Part shown: positions 62,201 to 64,000 of the stretch, one piece after another
Layout: each line of letters begins with the position of its first letter
How positions within the stretch are numbered: position 1 is the first letter of the stretch
NCBI GenBank assembly: GCA_964016885.1
Contig: OZ024744.1
Span: forward strand, 128,216,001-128,280,000
DNA length: 64,000 bases
From: Eledone cirrhosa
Lineage: Eukaryota
Direction: 5' to 3'
Notes under the pieces: model-generated
The model's input: only the letters and a program-made list of their open reading frames with translations
What the model was told of the DNA's origin: nothing
Database searches by the model: none
Position numbers and translations under genes: made by a program

Positions 62201-64000
62201 TTAAGTTAAGTTGGGGTTGAGTTAAGTTGGGGTTAACTTAAGTTGGGGTTAAGTTGGGGTTAAGTTAAGTTGGGGTTAAATTAAGTTGGGGGTTAGTTAA
62301 GTTGGGGCAAGTTAAGTTGGGGTTAATTTAAGTTGGGGTTGAGTTAAGTTGGGGTTGAGTTAAGTTGGGGTTAAGTTAAGTTGGGGTTAAGTTAAGTTGG
62401 GGTTAAGTTAAGTTGGGGGTAAGTTAAGTTGGGGGCAAGTTAAGTTGGGGTTAAGTTAAGTTGGGGTTAAGTTAAGTTGGGGTTAAGTTAAGTTGGGGTT
62501 AAGTTAAGTTGGGGGTAAGTTAAGTTGGGGTTAAGTTAAGTTGGGGTTAAATTAAGTTGAGGTTAAGTTAATTTGGGGTTAAGTTAAGTTGGGGTTAAGT
62601 TAAGTTGGAGTTAAGTTAAGTTGGGGTTAAGCTAAGTTGGGGTTAAGTTAATTTGCGGTTAAGTTAGGTTGTGGGTTAAGTTAAGTTGGGGTTAAGTTAA
62701 GCTGGGGTTAAGTTAGGGTAAGTTAAGTTGGGGGTAAGTTAAGTTGGGGTTAAGTTAAGTTGGGGTTAAGTTAAGTTGGGGTTAAGTTAAGTTGGGGTTA
62801 AGTTAAGTTGGGGTTGAGTTAAGTTGGGGTTGAGTTAAGTTGGGGTTAAGTTAAGTTGGGGTTAATTTCAGTTGGGGTTATTTTAAGTTGGGGTTAAGTT
62901 AAGTTGGGGTTAAGTTAAAGTTGGGGTTAAGTTAAGTTGGGGTAAAGTTAAGTTAGGGTTAAGTTAAGTTGGGGTTAAGTTAAGTTGGGGTTAAATTAAG
63001 TTGGGGTTAAGTTAAGTTGGGGTTAAGTTAAGTTGGGGTTAAATTAAGTTGGGGTTCAGTTAAGTTGGGGTTAAATTAAGTTGGGGTTAAGTTAAGTTGG
63101 GGTTAATTTAAGTTGGGGTTAAGTTAAGTTGGCGTTAAGTTAAGTTGGAGTTAAGTCAAGTTGGGGTTAAGTCAAGTTGGGGTTAAGTCAAGTTGGGGTT
63201 AAGTCAAGTTGGGGTTAAGTTAAGTTGGGGTTAAGTTAAGTTGGGGTTAAGTTAAGTTGGGGGTAAGTTAAGTTGGGTGTAAGTTAAGTTGGGGTTAAGT
63301 TAAGTTGGGGTTCAGTTCAGTTGGGGTTAAGTTAAGTTGGGGTTAAGTTAAGTTGGAGTTAAGTTAAGTTGGAGTTAAGTTAAGTTGGGGTTAAGCTAAG
63401 TTGGGGTTCAGTTAAGTTGGGGTTAAGTTAGTTTGGGGCTGAGTTAAGTTGGGGTTAAGTTAAGATCGGGTTGAGTTAAGTTGGGGTTAAGTTAAGTTGG
63501 GGTTAAGTTAAGTTGGGGTTAAGTTAAGTTGGGGTTAAGATAAGTTGGGGTTAAGTTAAGTTGGGGTTAATTTACGTTGGGGTTGAGTTAATTTGGGTTT
63601 AAGTTAAGTTGGGCTTAACTTAAGTTGTGGTTAAGTTGGGGTTAAGTTAAGTTGGGGTTAAGTTAAGTTGGGGGTAAGTTAAGTTGGGGGCAAGTTAAGT
63701 TGGGGTTAATTTAAGTTGGGGTTAAGTTAAGTTGGGGTTATGTTAAGTTGGGGTTAAGTTAAGTTGGGGTTAAGTTAAGTTGGGGGTAAGAGAAGTTGGG
63801 GCTAAGTTAAGTTGGGGCTAAGTCAAGTTGGGGTTGAGTCAAGTTGAGGTTAACTTAAGTTGGGGTTAAGTTAAGTTGGGGTTAAGTTAAGTTGGGGTTA
63901 AGGTAAGTTGGGGTTAAGTTAAGTTGAGGGTAAGTTAAGGTGGGGTTCAGTTAAGTTGGGGTTAAATTAAGTTGGGGGTAAGTTAAGTTGGGGGTAAGTT
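41290..64000 (+). repeat. Large higher-order repeat domain: ~4.9 kb block A (3 copies plus a partial copy at the window end) and ~3 kb block B (2 copies), arranged A-A-B-A-B-(A)
   Basis: GATC 43187/48078/56109, GAGAAG 43671/48564/56595, GGAATT 44159/49052/57083 (offsets 4891-4893 and 8031). Block B markers: GAGAAG 51621/59715, C of TTAACTTGGGG 52751/60829, C of GTCGGGG 53168/61246 (offsets 8078-8094). Partial copy: GATC 63464, GAGAAG 63790. Confidence 0.86.

Larger units (their letters stand above)
1..64000 (+). repeat. Tandem satellite array, 16-bp monomer GGGGTTAAGTTAAGTT (~4,000 copies), telomere-like G-rich strand, open at both window edges
   Basis: Every line consists of the 16-mer or 1-3-nt variants of it, with occasional 11-, 15- and 17-bp length variants. 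Consensus composition is G6 T6 A4 C0. One orientation throughout and no unique sequence seen. Confidence 0.99.

Noticed and set aside
3636-62960. Scattered TTAGGG hexamers as vertebrate-type telomere
   Set aside because: They are isolated G>A variants of TTGGGG within the 16-mer, never tandem, and are propagated by block duplication.
1-64000. Protein-coding repeat ORF
   Set aside because: TTAA twice per 16-mer gives two TAA stops per 48 nt in each of the six frames (consensus translation GVKLSWG*VKLGLS*V). Even if TAA were reassigned, frequent 1- and 5-nt indels shift frame and substitutions show no evident codon pattern.
1-64000. CRISPR array or repeat-spacer system
   Set aside because: Monomers are directly adjacent with no unique spacers, and there is no leader or cas gene in the window.
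1-64000. Canonical Tetrahymena (TTGGGG)n telomere
   Set aside because: TTGGGG is separated by TTAAG units and the array is far longer than ciliate macronuclear telomeres; it does not identify the organism.
1-64000. Variants as sequencing noise, or the array as a synthetic or low-complexity artefact
   Set aside because: Identical multi-base variant patterns recur at exact kb offsets with nested derived states, which random error would not produce. Some singletons and individual duplications could still be errors.
1-64000. Variant order as an information-storing code or diversity-generating cassette system
   Set aside because: The order is adequately explained by mutation plus duplication and deletion; no enzyme gene, expression site or recombination signal is present to support more.

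Overview
The whole 64-kb window is one uninterrupted, single-orientation tandem array (satellite DNA) of a 16-bp monomer, consensus GGGGTTAAGTTAAGTT (= TTGGGG + TTAAG + TTAAG; minus strand AACTTAACTTAACCCC), roughly 4,000 copies, running off both ends. I found no gene, RNA gene, CRISPR array, transposon insertion or inversion. TTAA occurs twice per monomer, so stops recur in all six frames. The informative signal is in the variant monomers. They recur in fixed order and reveal nested higher-order duplications with periods of about 0.1-0.3, 1.07, 1.5, 1.66, 2.06, 2.9, 3.0, 3.2, 4.9 and 8.0 kb, and spatial domains with private variants. The monomer is telomere-like: G-rich, C-free on the + strand, and containing TTGGGG. 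The main hypothesis worth testing is a telomere-derived or telomere-acting satellite expanded by recombination. Organism and chromosomal position cannot be determined from this window. All offsets were read by eye from marker variants, and block boundaries are approximate.
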